NCBI GenBank assembly: GCA_963664875.1
Contig: OY761611.1
Span: 1 to 64,000, forward strand
DNA: 64,000 nucleotides
Direction: 5' to 3'
Source of the DNA: Candidatus Kapaibacterium sp.
GTDB lineage: Bacteria > Bacteroidota > Ignavibacteria > Kapaibacteriales > UBA2268
Every line of letters starts with the position of its first letter. Positions within the stretch are counted from its first letter, which is position 1. Made by a program: the position numbers and the translations under genes. The notes under the pieces were generated by a model. It did no database searches, was not told the DNA's origin, and saw nothing but the letters and a program-made list of their open reading frames with translations. Positions 18,436 to 27,031 of this stretch are shown here, in pieces.

Positions 18436-19149
18436 CTAAATTCTACAAATCCTTTCTTTCATCTCATATCTCTCACAGATAAAATTGCGATTGACCGTAA
18501 TTGCATAGCCAAGAAAGAACAGCTTTTTAGTGCCTGCCTCAAGCTGCTGCTTAATAGTATCTTTATTACCACATAGATAAAGCTGCCGAAAACTGCCACC
18601 ATACTTGCAGGATTCGCAACGAGGCTGCTGCTTCACAAATTCCTTCAGATATTTCAGCATATCAATCAGCTGCTGAGCCGTAATCTTAACGCTTTCACCT
18701 GAAGTGGAAAGGAAGAAGATATCCGAATGTTTGTGCTCAATAAATCGTTTAATCTTATTCCGCCACGAAATCAGATAAGGAAACAAATCTTCAAATTCCG
18801 GCACAAGTCTGCCTTTTTTACCTGTAATCCGTTCACTCTCTACATATTCTTTAATATCACGAAGAGAAAAATCACCAACATTGAAAGTCCATGTATCGCT
18901 ACGCACATCCTTGCGAACCCGAACAAACCCATATTGCAGCAGATCATAAATAATCTCATCACGCGCCTTCCCTTCAAATCTAAGCTTTTCGCCATATTTG
19001 TCATAAGTCTTTTGAATTGAGTCAAAAGTCAGCCCAAACATTTCAGGATGTTCAATAACAAAATCAATATGAGTTATCTCCACAGCCGGTACCGGCGTTT
19101 GTGACTTGTTCAAATATCTTTTCGGTATAATCCAAAATGCGTATATCAT
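18436..19149 (-). CDS. Hypothetical protein, paralogue B (IYAFWIIP N-domain, Cys-rich tail)
   Basis: First ~77 aa nearly identical to the 19146-20228 protein; CESC...C...C tail. Confidence 0.85.
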   Translation of the reverse strand: MIYAFWIIPKRYLNKSQTPVPAVEITHIDFVIEHPEMFGLTFDSIQKTYDKYGEKLRFEGKARDEIIYDLLQYGFVRVRKDVRSDTWTFNVGDFSLRDIKEYVESERITGKKGRLVPEFEDLFPYLISWRNKIKRFIEHKHSDIFFLSTSGESVKITAQQLIDMLKYLKEFVKQQPRCESCKYGGSFRQLYLCGNKDTIKQQLEAGTKKLFFLGYAITVNRNFICERYEMKERICRI

Positions 19150-20228
19150 GATTTCTTATTCCTATATTGAGCATCAAAATTGTTTTTTTCTTTTATATTC
19201 ATCTCAAAAAATTCACATGAATAAGAATAATCTGAGATTACAAATTGACCGGTTTTTGTATCTAAGGAGCTGTTCTTAAACTTTTCAATTTTGTTCTTTT
19301 CCTCATTTCGACAAATTGAATTATCGCAGTGCCAAGAAGAGTGTATTCCCCGACAGAAATAAGTACATTTAAAGCAACTCGGTTGGTAATCAAAAAAGCG
19401 AGTTAAATATTTGATCATACTATCAAACTGCGTATGAGACAGCAGCACTGCATCTTCTGTGTCATTTGTAATCAGGTATCTGGAAGATTTGTGAGAGTAG
19501 AAGTTTTTTATTAAATCATACCAGACAAAAACATCTTTAAATCTATTTTCTAAACTATAATCAAGTCTCCCATGAAGACTCGGAAAACTACCGTTTTCAA
19601 GGAAATTGCGGATACTGTCTATATCAATATTAAATATTTTGAGCAGCCAAATATTGTTTGCTTCAAGTTTTTTGATTTTTAAATTTGTCTCTGACCAGTA
19701 CCGGTCTATTTTTGAAAGTACTTTGTTGTACCGTAGAAGAGATTGAAAATCTTCTCTTGTTAGAGTTATATCTGTATTTACCAAAGAACTAATCTTGATA
19801 TTATATAGGTAATTTTCAGGTTTTCGTTTTACTTTGTTCCACCATGTTTGAAGGGTAGTAAGTAAGTCTTGCAAATCATGACTCAATATTTTGTGAATAC
19901 CTTCAACATTTTTGTTATCAAGGAATTGTTCAATATCTGTAACATCAAAATGATTCAATTCAAGTAAAAATTGATTGTTTTTGATATCTGTTGTAACTCT
20001 CACAAAACCTTTCTGCAAAAGATCATAAATAATCTCATCTCGTGCCTTCCCTTCAAATCGAAGCTTCTCACCATACTTATCATAAGTCTCTTGTATTTGA
20101 TCCAAAGTAAGCCCAAACATTTCGGGATTCTGAATAACAAAATCAATATGAGTTATCTCAACAGTCGGCACAGGAGTTTGAGCCGTATTCAAATATTTTT
20201 TCGGTATAATCCAAAATGCGTATATCAT
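19146..20228 (-). CDS. Hypothetical protein, paralogue A (same N-domain, duplicated middle domain, Cys-rich tail)
   Basis: GGAG RBS; 4-bp overlap with paralogue B; CFKC...C...C tail. Confidence 0.85.
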   Translation of the reverse strand: MIYAFWIIPKKYLNTAQTPVPTVEITHIDFVIQNPEMFGLTLDQIQETYDKYGEKLRFEGKARDEIIYDLLQKGFVRVTTDIKNNQFLLELNHFDVTDIEQFLDNKNVEGIHKILSHDLQDLLTTLQTWWNKVKRKPENYLYNIKISSLVNTDITLTREDFQSLLRYNKVLSKIDRYWSETNLKIKKLEANNIWLLKIFNIDIDSIRNFLENGSFPSLHGRLDYSLENRFKDVFVWYDLIKNFYSHKSSRYLITNDTEDAVLLSHTQFDSMIKYLTRFFDYQPSCFKCTYFCRGIHSSWHCDNSICRNEEKNKIEKFKNSSLDTKTGQFVISDYSYSCEFFEMNIKEKNNFDAQYRNKKS

Positions 20229-20242
20229 TTTCTGCTCCTTTG

Positions 20243-20845
20243 CTATTTTAAAGATAAGCCGGGCAGGCTCTGGCTAACAAATTGATACTGCTTGCCGTTA
20301 TAGATGAAGTCAGGTCGATTGTAATGGTAAAATTCCTTTTCCCTTGTAACATAAATTTGATACAGAGGCATTCTATTAATCAAAACCTGCTTAAAAGCTT
20401 TAACTTTAAGCAATTTCTGCCTGCTGTACTCTATTGCTTCAGTTTCAGTCAGAGGATGAGGAAAATGTATTCTTACTACGACCCATCTGTATGTTAAGTA
20501 GCTTTCCTTATATTTGCTTGTGGTTTTGAGCATTTCATCAAAATACTCTTGGTCTAAAGCGATTGCTTTTTGAATGTCATTCAATTTGAGACCAAGTAGG
20601 TCTATGTATTCTTTAGGTATAGGAATATTTAGACTATCCCAATCTTTCCTTTTTCTCATGAACTTACTGAGATTTTTACGTCCCATTTTATCACATAAAT
20701 AGCGCGAACCTTCAGGATTTTTATAGAAATCAGGAAAGTTCGCTGAGTGAGATTGAATCAAGCAGCGAGTATAATAATAGCGATCGTAATTATTCTCAGA
20801 GCGATTAGGAACTGAGAATCCCGGAATCGGTTTTGGTAGTGACAT
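20243..20845 (-). CDS. Hypothetical basic protein
   Basis: 200-aa ORF with GGAG RBS, first of a three-gene unit. Confidence 0.75.
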   Translation of the reverse strand: MSLPKPIPGFSVPNRSENNYDRYYYTRCLIQSHSANFPDFYKNPEGSRYLCDKMGRKNLSKFMRKRKDWDSLNIPIPKEYIDLLGLKLNDIQKAIALDQEYFDEMLKTTSKYKESYLTYRWVVVRIHFPHPLTETEAIEYSRQKLLKVKAFKQVLINRMPLYQIYVTREKEFYHYNRPDFIYNGKQYQFVSQSLPGLSLK

Positions 20846-20849
20846 GATA

Positions 20850-20971
20850 ATACTCCAATATTATTTTGAAAAATGGAGTATCAAGAGGAGAGAATTTTGC
20901 ATTTATATGCCGCATCGTCCTGCCACCGTGGCTATTGCTCGGTTGGCTCACATCTAAGTGATCTTGATACT
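20850..20971 (-). promoter_or_regulatory. Candidate structured 5' leader with alternative SD-sequestering and SD-releasing stems
   Basis: 10-bp IR (20877-20886 / 20962-20971) overlapping an 8-bp IR (20850-20857 / 20874-20881) that covers the GGAG RBS; GC-rich core. Confidence 0.45.
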
Positions 20972-20980
20972 GAGGATTAG

Positions 20981-21508
20981 TTATATAATTTCTTTTACGA
21001 TTTGCCCAAATCCGATTGGCAAATCAAATTCATCAGATGTATTACTTAAATCAAGTATAAAAGCCAAATTCCCAACAACTAAGACAGAGCTGCGAAAATC
21101 ATCCCACATTGGTACGGAATACCCAAGATTTGCCTCTGTGTAACATCGTACTACATCAGCCATCTGATACATAAATGTTGTATCTTTATGAGTAAAGTTT
21201 TTCATTAGCACGAAGTATTTGCCATTCAGTTGTCCAAAAATTATTGGCATTTCTCTAAAGTTAAATCCGTTACTTTGAGATTGCTTCATTTTGATGAATG
21301 TTTCTGTATCTTGCTTTGCAATATCAATGATTGCAATCGGACAATCAAGTTCCGAAGCAAGATTTTTACACATAGCTTCAAACTCTTCACTATTATACCT
21401 CGAATTATAAATATGTCTTTTGTTTACGCATTTTGATTCCATTTCATTACGCATCCTTTGTAGTTCTTTGCGTAACTTTTCGATTTTGTCTGCTTTAAAT
21501 TGGCTCAT
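20981..21508 (-). CDS. Hypothetical protein
   Basis: 175-aa ORF with AGGA RBS, last gene of the 22468-20981 unit. Confidence 0.7.
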   Translation of the reverse strand: MSQFKADKIEKLRKELQRMRNEMESKCVNKRHIYNSRYNSEEFEAMCKNLASELDCPIAIIDIAKQDTETFIKMKQSQSNGFNFREMPIIFGQLNGKYFVLMKNFTHKDTTFMYQMADVVRCYTEANLGYSVPMWDDFRSSVLVVGNLAFILDLSNTSDEFDLPIGFGQIVKEII

Positions 21509-21524
21509 AACCCAAATCCTTGTT

Positions 21525-22115
21525 TTACTTTACCCAATCAAACCACACCGTTTGATTGAATAACGGAATTGAATAAGTTTTACAAACATTCATTGTATGT
21601 CCTGTTCCGCCTTGAAGTGGTTTTTGTAAGTCGTCGTAAAAGAGAGCAGCTGTAATCGGTGCTATGTTTGTTGTACCCAAAGCTTTGATTGTATCACGTA
21701 AGATATATGCTACTTTAACGGTAAATCTGTTTTTTACACCAGCTAAGTATGAATCTACAAACTTGCCATGCTTTGGGTTTAGCCTTGTCGCGTCTAATAT
21801 TTTTTGTTCTTTGCTTAAGTCAAGTTTATCTAAAGAAATTGTTTTCCCTGCTATATTATGTGCTACTCTGTGTTTTTCGTACGGAGTAATTACTTCAAGC
21901 CTTTGGCTATCAACTTTTGCTACACCCTCCGAAAAATATAAATCAGAGCCGGAAGCATTGCCGCTTCTAAAAATAATATGTTTTGAATTTTCGGCAAGTA
22001 GCTTGCCGATAGATACAAGTTTATCCTTGTCGCTATCGGCAACTATCCGCTTTCCCTCTAAAAGAATAATACTTCCGGGGTGGTCATACATTTCTATAAA
22101 CTGTTCGCAAGTCAT
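21525..22115 (-). CDS. SLOG/DprA-like Rossmannoid nucleotide-binding protein
   Basis: LEGKR, RSGNASGSD (cf. SGGAxGAD), GGTGHT...IPLFN. Confidence 0.7.
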   Translation of the reverse strand: MTCEQFIEMYDHPGSIILLEGKRIVADSDKDKLVSIGKLLAENSKHIIFRSGNASGSDLYFSEGVAKVDSQRLEVITPYEKHRVAHNIAGKTISLDKLDLSKEQKILDATRLNPKHGKFVDSYLAGVKNRFTVKVAYILRDTIKALGTTNIAPITAALFYDDLQKPLQGGTGHTMNVCKTYSIPLFNQTVWFDWVK

Positions 22116-22468
22116 TAGTCAAGTACCCTTCTTGCACGTTCTTGGAAGTGATCAAATTCCTTTTGAATCTCAACTTTATAAAAGCCGGGCCCAATAACAA
22201 TAGGGGAGTGCTCCTGATGCTTAAGTGTAACATCTTCTTTGACTTCGAAGTACAAGTTGTTGTCCTTGTCCTGACGTAAATCGAACTCACCAAATAGTTT
22301 ATGCATGTGCCCGGTTACTTCACCTTCTGCAAGCACACCGTCATTCTTTACTTTCATCGAACCAAATTCCTCGATACGTTCAACTTTCTTGATAACTACA
22401 TCACCCTGAAAGCCATATTGACCTACTTGCATTTTGCGAGCATCTCGTGGATTTTTTTCTTCAAACAT
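22115..22468 (-). CDS. Small His-rich beta protein (QGDV / GEVTGHxH / HxEH), the family usually found beside DUF6745 genes
   Basis: FQGDVVI, LAEGEVTGHMH, LKHQEH, GFYKVEIQKEF...RVLD; GGAG RBS. Confidence 0.85.
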   Translation of the reverse strand: MFEEKNPRDARKMQVGQYGFQGDVVIKKVERIEEFGSMKVKNDGVLAEGEVTGHMHKLFGEFDLRQDKDNNLYFEVKEDVTLKHQEHSPIVIGPGFYKVEIQKEFDHFQERARRVLD

Positions 22469-22513
22469 TTTTGTGTCTCCTATAGATAAAAGATTGGATG
22501 TTTTCTATATAGT

Positions 22514-22546
22514 AATGTACGATATGGTGCGACAGAATGTGACTTA
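22514..22546 (-). promoter_or_regulatory. Island box 3
   Basis: Sense TAAGTC-ACATTCT-GTCGCA; TGTCGC-N9-TACATT. Confidence 0.78.
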
Positions 22547-22557
22547 TAAGAATCATT

Positions 22558-25104
22558 TTATCGATTTTTTTCAAAACTTTCAACTAAATCTTCTGCTGTA
22601 TGTTTCATCCATTCAATCTCAGTTGCACCAAGATCTGTAAAGTGTATGTTAGAGTTATGTATCCCATCAATATTAGGTGAGTCAGGGAGGTCAGGAACGT
22701 AAAATCCCTTTATGTTATACTTTTCTATGTAGTAAAAAAGTCTATAAGCGGCATCGCTAAAATGTAGATTTACTTCCCTATAAAGACCATCATCAAAAAC
22801 AATCTCTTCGTAGCCGGATTGGAGTATTCTTTCGTAACCTATCATATTGAGCAATCTGCCGGTATCTCTTTCCCAAGGATGCTTACACGCATATACAAAG
22901 GCGTCTTTACCTATATCTTTCTGCAGAAAAGTCTCGTCAATTATATAATGGAGAATTGAAACATATCTTTTTTCATCAGCAAATTTAGATCTATATCTTA
23001 CTTTTTGTCCGGGAAATTGATATTCATTATCAGGAATTGATACAACAGGTTTTATTACGCCAATAAGTGTATTGTTATCAGTAATATATAATCTTGGTAT
23101 GTGGAATATTAGTTCAGTAAGTATGTTGATAAAATCTGTTGCTTTGTTATCAAATGGAACTCCATTTTCGATTAGGTATTTAATTGTAAGGAAATTTAAT
23201 ATATTAGAATGTAGATTTTCGTGAGGTTCATCTTCAATTTCATTATAAAAATCTGCCATATCTTTAAGATTTGAAAAGGTGAACTTAGCTAAATGAGCAA
23301 TTTGTGTATATCCAAAATGATTTCTGTAAAATTCAATATTTTGAAATATTGAGCTGTAATTCCACAAATCCTCTGATATTTTGTATAAGTTATTATTTTC
23401 AAATATTTTGATGCTGAGAGAAATTTTGTCTATATAACTATTAACCGTGCCATCTGATAAATCGTAACTGTATCTATTTAGTTCTTCTTGATGTATATTA
23501 TCTTCAACATATTGATAGAGTTCTTTGTCAGATTTACATAACTTTATCTCACAATTGCTACTTATCAGATTTGTTGAGGCTAACAGTTCCCCAAATTTTC
23601 TCAATAGCATTTTGCCAATTTCAATATCTGGTTTAGCTTTAGCTAATTCATTCAATTTATTTTGCATATACTCCTTGAAATTATCTGAATCGATAAGATT
23701 ATTGATATGTTCAGATAACTTTGTCAAAGATTTACTTCTCTCATTTAGAATATCTTCCTGAGAATTTTCTTTCTTTTCTTCATGGACTGTTTCTTCTTCA
23801 AACTCTTTGTACTCTTTTTTCCATGACCAACGAGTTAAACGTCTCCAGCCTTGATTCCAGCTGACAAAATCATTAGTACAATACTCAAGTGGTATATATG
23901 GTATTATGTCGGAATCGAACTCATAAACTTTGTACTCTGAATAATGTAGTTGTATAAAACTATAAGCATAGTCATACCATTCTTCTAAATCTGATTCAAA
24001 TCCTCTTTCTCGAATAAATTGCAGCATCTCTAAACCGGTTTTACCCAATAAATAACCAATAATTGCGATTTTAAAGACTTCTTCTTTCTCAGATGCAAGT
24101 GCTGCAAAGCGGTCAAAATTTTCCACTCCTGTAAAATGCTTATGGAAGTAAGCATCAAATAGTTGGAAGTTGTAATTTATAAATTGTTTTGGTGTCTCAA
24201 GGATAGGTAGGATTGAATCTAATACCTTCTTGGCTAATTCCGGCTTCGAGAGGTGCTTGACACAGCTATTAAAGACACTAACATAGAGTTGATGGTATTT
24301 TATAGTCAAAGATTCACTACCCGATAAACCTTGACTACCGGCTGGATAAAAGGTAGGTATTGCGTGTACTCTATTGATATAATGTTCGGAAGCCCATTCC
24401 TGTTCGTTTAGTGTACAGGCTAATTGTTCAGCTATTGATTCGTGAAATACATTTGCCTGTTCCAACTGAATAATTATCTTTTCTAACAGACCAAGATCGT
24501 TAAGAGCAGCAACATCTCTAATATAATTTCTTATTGCTGCGCAATCCTCGGACAACACCAAGTCTTCAGTATATTTAAAGTAATCAGTATAATATTTTAC
24601 AGAATTATTATTCAATTCCTTAATTATGTGATTGTTGCCCAAATTCTTCTTCATAGAAAGCGCAAAATTTACAGAAGGGAATTCTATCCTTTTGCAAATT
24701 CTGCCGTACCAATCGCTGTCTCCAAGACAATCAAGCACGGACTGGGCTAAATACATCAAATCCTGAGAATCTGTAGTGTCTTCTGCTTTTTCGAAATATT
24801 CTCTTGTTTTCGTTAAGTCTTCAGACAGATGATAATACAATTCTCCAATAATTCTATTATCACTATTATATTCAGAGACTTTTTCTAACAATGGGATATA
24901 TTTTAACGCCCATTTTCTATCTTCGAAGAATTTACAAACGGTTTCAAAGCATTCCAGCAAATCACGAAAACCTTTAGCTAAGTTAAAAAAAGCTTCAAGC
25001 ATTTTTTGCTTATAGCGAATATCATCCGATAGTTTCAGCTCTTTCTGCTTTGATCTAATTAGCTGACTAAGATCATATTTATTTGCATCGTAATTTTCAA
25101 ACAT
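22558..25104 (-). CDS. Helical-repeat protein with a divergent DUF6745-like C-terminal half
   Basis: TPR-like N-terminal half; LLNMIGYERILQ parallels LLIRYFGYERFLQ in the 982-aa paralogue. Confidence 0.65.
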   Translation of the reverse strand: MFENYDANKYDLSQLIRSKQKELKLSDDIRYKQKMLEAFFNLAKGFRDLLECFETVCKFFEDRKWALKYIPLLEKVSEYNSDNRIIGELYYHLSEDLTKTREYFEKAEDTTDSQDLMYLAQSVLDCLGDSDWYGRICKRIEFPSVNFALSMKKNLGNNHIIKELNNNSVKYYTDYFKYTEDLVLSEDCAAIRNYIRDVAALNDLGLLEKIIIQLEQANVFHESIAEQLACTLNEQEWASEHYINRVHAIPTFYPAGSQGLSGSESLTIKYHQLYVSVFNSCVKHLSKPELAKKVLDSILPILETPKQFINYNFQLFDAYFHKHFTGVENFDRFAALASEKEEVFKIAIIGYLLGKTGLEMLQFIRERGFESDLEEWYDYAYSFIQLHYSEYKVYEFDSDIIPYIPLEYCTNDFVSWNQGWRRLTRWSWKKEYKEFEEETVHEEKKENSQEDILNERSKSLTKLSEHINNLIDSDNFKEYMQNKLNELAKAKPDIEIGKMLLRKFGELLASTNLISSNCEIKLCKSDKELYQYVEDNIHQEELNRYSYDLSDGTVNSYIDKISLSIKIFENNNLYKISEDLWNYSSIFQNIEFYRNHFGYTQIAHLAKFTFSNLKDMADFYNEIEDEPHENLHSNILNFLTIKYLIENGVPFDNKATDFINILTELIFHIPRLYITDNNTLIGVIKPVVSIPDNEYQFPGQKVRYRSKFADEKRYVSILHYIIDETFLQKDIGKDAFVYACKHPWERDTGRLLNMIGYERILQSGYEEIVFDDGLYREVNLHFSDAAYRLFYYIEKYNIKGFYVPDLPDSPNIDGIHNSNIHFTDLGATEIEWMKHTAEDLVESFEKNR

Positions 25105-25133
25105 TTTGATTTTCCAATTAAATATACTACTTC

Positions 25134-26333
25134 CTATGCCTCAAACGCAGGCTTATCATAAACCTTCAATCCAAGCCGCCAATTTAGAGCATCTTCTACA
25201 GTTCTACAACTTTTATGCACTCCTTCAAGATGTTCTTCACCGGTTGTTGGGTTAATCATTTGAAGGAATGGGTACCAATCAGGATTCTTTATGTTATATT
25301 CAAATTCCTGAGGTATTTGAAACGCAATTAGCTGATAATTGTCTTGCATATCTAATACTTTTCGTTCTAAATACTTGAGCAGATTATCTTTACCCATATA
25401 TCTAATTCCCATCGAACGAAGCGTTGTATTTTGTGTTTTCAAGATTCTTAGAGCTTTCTTTTGAGAAGGCTTCATGTCCCAATACCAATTTGAAATTGGT
25501 TGGGATCTGAAGAAAGAAAAATGTGATTTATCCGGGAATACCATAGCCGGACCACGCTCATTATGTAAGGTCAGAGCTAATATCTGTCTTTGGCTTCTAT
25601 GTTCGAGAAATTTATATTTAGGTTTTTCGATAACAAAACAAGTATCTTTAAAAGGAAATACCATATACGAATTTCTGCTAACAATCTCAGCCACTTCAAT
25701 TTGCCGTTTTTCGTGTTCCGAGAACGGAATTCCCAAAATTTGAAGATATTTGAACATTAGAGAATAGCTCGATAACGATTTATATGCCATGGTACGTGAA
25801 GACGTGAAATTGTCATAAGGATGATAGATATTCTTGATGAGGTGGCAGTATATCAATTTACGTATTGTTACCATGAACTTATATCCGAAACTGATATTAC
25901 CATTAGATATACCATAAATATCCTCCAGTGTTGCCCTTTTAGTTTCCCAGCTTTTATTTCTCCCTGTTTTTTCGAGCATACTCTGAAAATTCTCTTCAGC
26001 TCTGCCAATTACTCCCATAAATTTGTTATACAGAATATCATAGGAAAAGAATATGCATGGAGGTATTCGCTCAACTATACGTGTTTTTATAGATTTGTCG
26101 TATTCACTAATAATATCATAATTTTCTTTAAACTCATCCATTCCTCCAAGGATGTGGATAGGAGGGACTGTTCCAGCAATTCTTCTGTATTCATCTTTCA
26201 GCGTATCTTTTAATACATCTAAATCAGCCTTCCCATATATGAAGGAATCATACATCATAGCAACGTGATTCCATGCATATTTTAGCAGCTCGATATCATC
26301 AGCAAACCCGGGAACATTAGATTTATAGTGCAT
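25134..26333 (-). CDS. DUF6745-like protein
   Basis: FPFKDTCFVIEKP, LHNERGPAMVFPD, NTTLR...YMG, MINPTTGEEHLEGV...ALNWRLGL..Y..P.FEA. Confidence 0.8.
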   Translation of the reverse strand: MHYKSNVPGFADDIELLKYAWNHVAMMYDSFIYGKADLDVLKDTLKDEYRRIAGTVPPIHILGGMDEFKENYDIISEYDKSIKTRIVERIPPCIFFSYDILYNKFMGVIGRAEENFQSMLEKTGRNKSWETKRATLEDIYGISNGNISFGYKFMVTIRKLIYCHLIKNIYHPYDNFTSSRTMAYKSLSSYSLMFKYLQILGIPFSEHEKRQIEVAEIVSRNSYMVFPFKDTCFVIEKPKYKFLEHRSQRQILALTLHNERGPAMVFPDKSHFSFFRSQPISNWYWDMKPSQKKALRILKTQNTTLRSMGIRYMGKDNLLKYLERKVLDMQDNYQLIAFQIPQEFEYNIKNPDWYPFLQMINPTTGEEHLEGVHKSCRTVEDALNWRLGLKVYDKPAFEA

Positions 26334-26369
26334 AACTACCTCAGCAAAATATATTTTCTATACCTATAT

Positions 26370-26402
26370 AATTTACGAGGCTGTGCGACAGAATGTGACA
26401 CT
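26370..26402 (-). promoter_or_regulatory. Island box 4
   Basis: Sense AGTGTC-ACATTCT-GTCGCA; TGTCGC-N9-TAAATT; GTGCGACAGAATGTGAC core identical to box 3. Confidence 0.8.
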
Positions 26403-26464
26403 ATCAGAATAAAAAAATGAGAAAATAACAAATGTCGAAATGTTTTTTTACATACATTTATAGA

Positions 26465-26503
26465 AATACCCAATGTAGTCTATTGTATATTACATTGGGT
26501 ATT
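26465..26503. terminator. Perfect 13-bp inverted repeat downstream of the mcrBC unit
   Basis: AATACCCAATGTA / TACATTGGGTATT. Confidence 0.5.
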
Positions 26504-26537
26504 CTATATTTGTGTGCGGTATTTACTGAAAATATAT

Positions 26538-26756
26538 TTATCGTATCTTGTCAAACTTATGACCGCAATTCAAGCAGCCATAATAGGGAGTAGGATCTCC
26601 ATACTCATTTTCAATGATAATGCAACCTAAAGTAATTTTGTTAGGATCATCCATAACTTCTGAAGTTGGTTCTCCATAAATAATCTTCCTAATTTTGCCG
26701 GAATTGCATTTAGGGCATCGTCTGTTTTTGGTGTTGGGGTTAAATTGGTTAGGCAT
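26538..26756 (-). CDS. Small zinc-ribbon protein
   Basis: CPKC...IIYGEP...LGC...CLNCGHKF. Confidence 0.75.
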   Translation of the reverse strand: MPNQFNPNTKNRRCPKCNSGKIRKIIYGEPTSEVMDDPNKITLGCIIIENEYGDPTPYYGCLNCGHKFDKIR

Positions 26757-26833
26757 AGTTTATAATTCTTAAGTTGTAATCTTTTCTAGAAAATGTATTA
26801 GAAGTATGTTGTTTATTTTACCTAAACTACGCC

Positions 26834-27019
26834 TCAAAAACCCGGATAAAGGAGTTTAGCAAGCTCCCCAACCTGAAAACCACCTTCTGCTAAAGAAGCA
26901 AGAAAGTCGTTATCATCATTAGTGCTCGGATATTCTTTTTTGCCGGTATAATACAATTTAACAGGGCACTCTCTACCAAGCTTGAATCGTGATTTTGTCA
27001 GGTATTTTGGTTTGGGCAT
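26834..27019 (-). pseudogene. N-terminal fragment of a DUF2779-type nuclease-like protein
   Basis: YLTKSRFKLGRECPVKLYY...LAEGGFQVGELAK, with a stop after 61 aa. Confidence 0.7.
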
Positions 27020-27031
27020 TATATGAGACTT

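Noticed and set aside
18942-20228. Duplicated ~200 bp as a DGR template/variable repeat
   Set aside because: Differences are largely synonymous and not adenine-specific, both copies are 5' coding ends, and there is no reverse transcriptase in the window
20877-20971. Retron msr-msd or a self-cleaving ribozyme
   Set aside because: No reverse transcriptase nearby, and no hammerhead, HDV, twister or pistol consensus recognised
22185-22193. CCGGGCCCA matching the tRNA 3' end as a possible attR
   Set aside because: Only 9 bp, inside a conserved coding region and in mid-island
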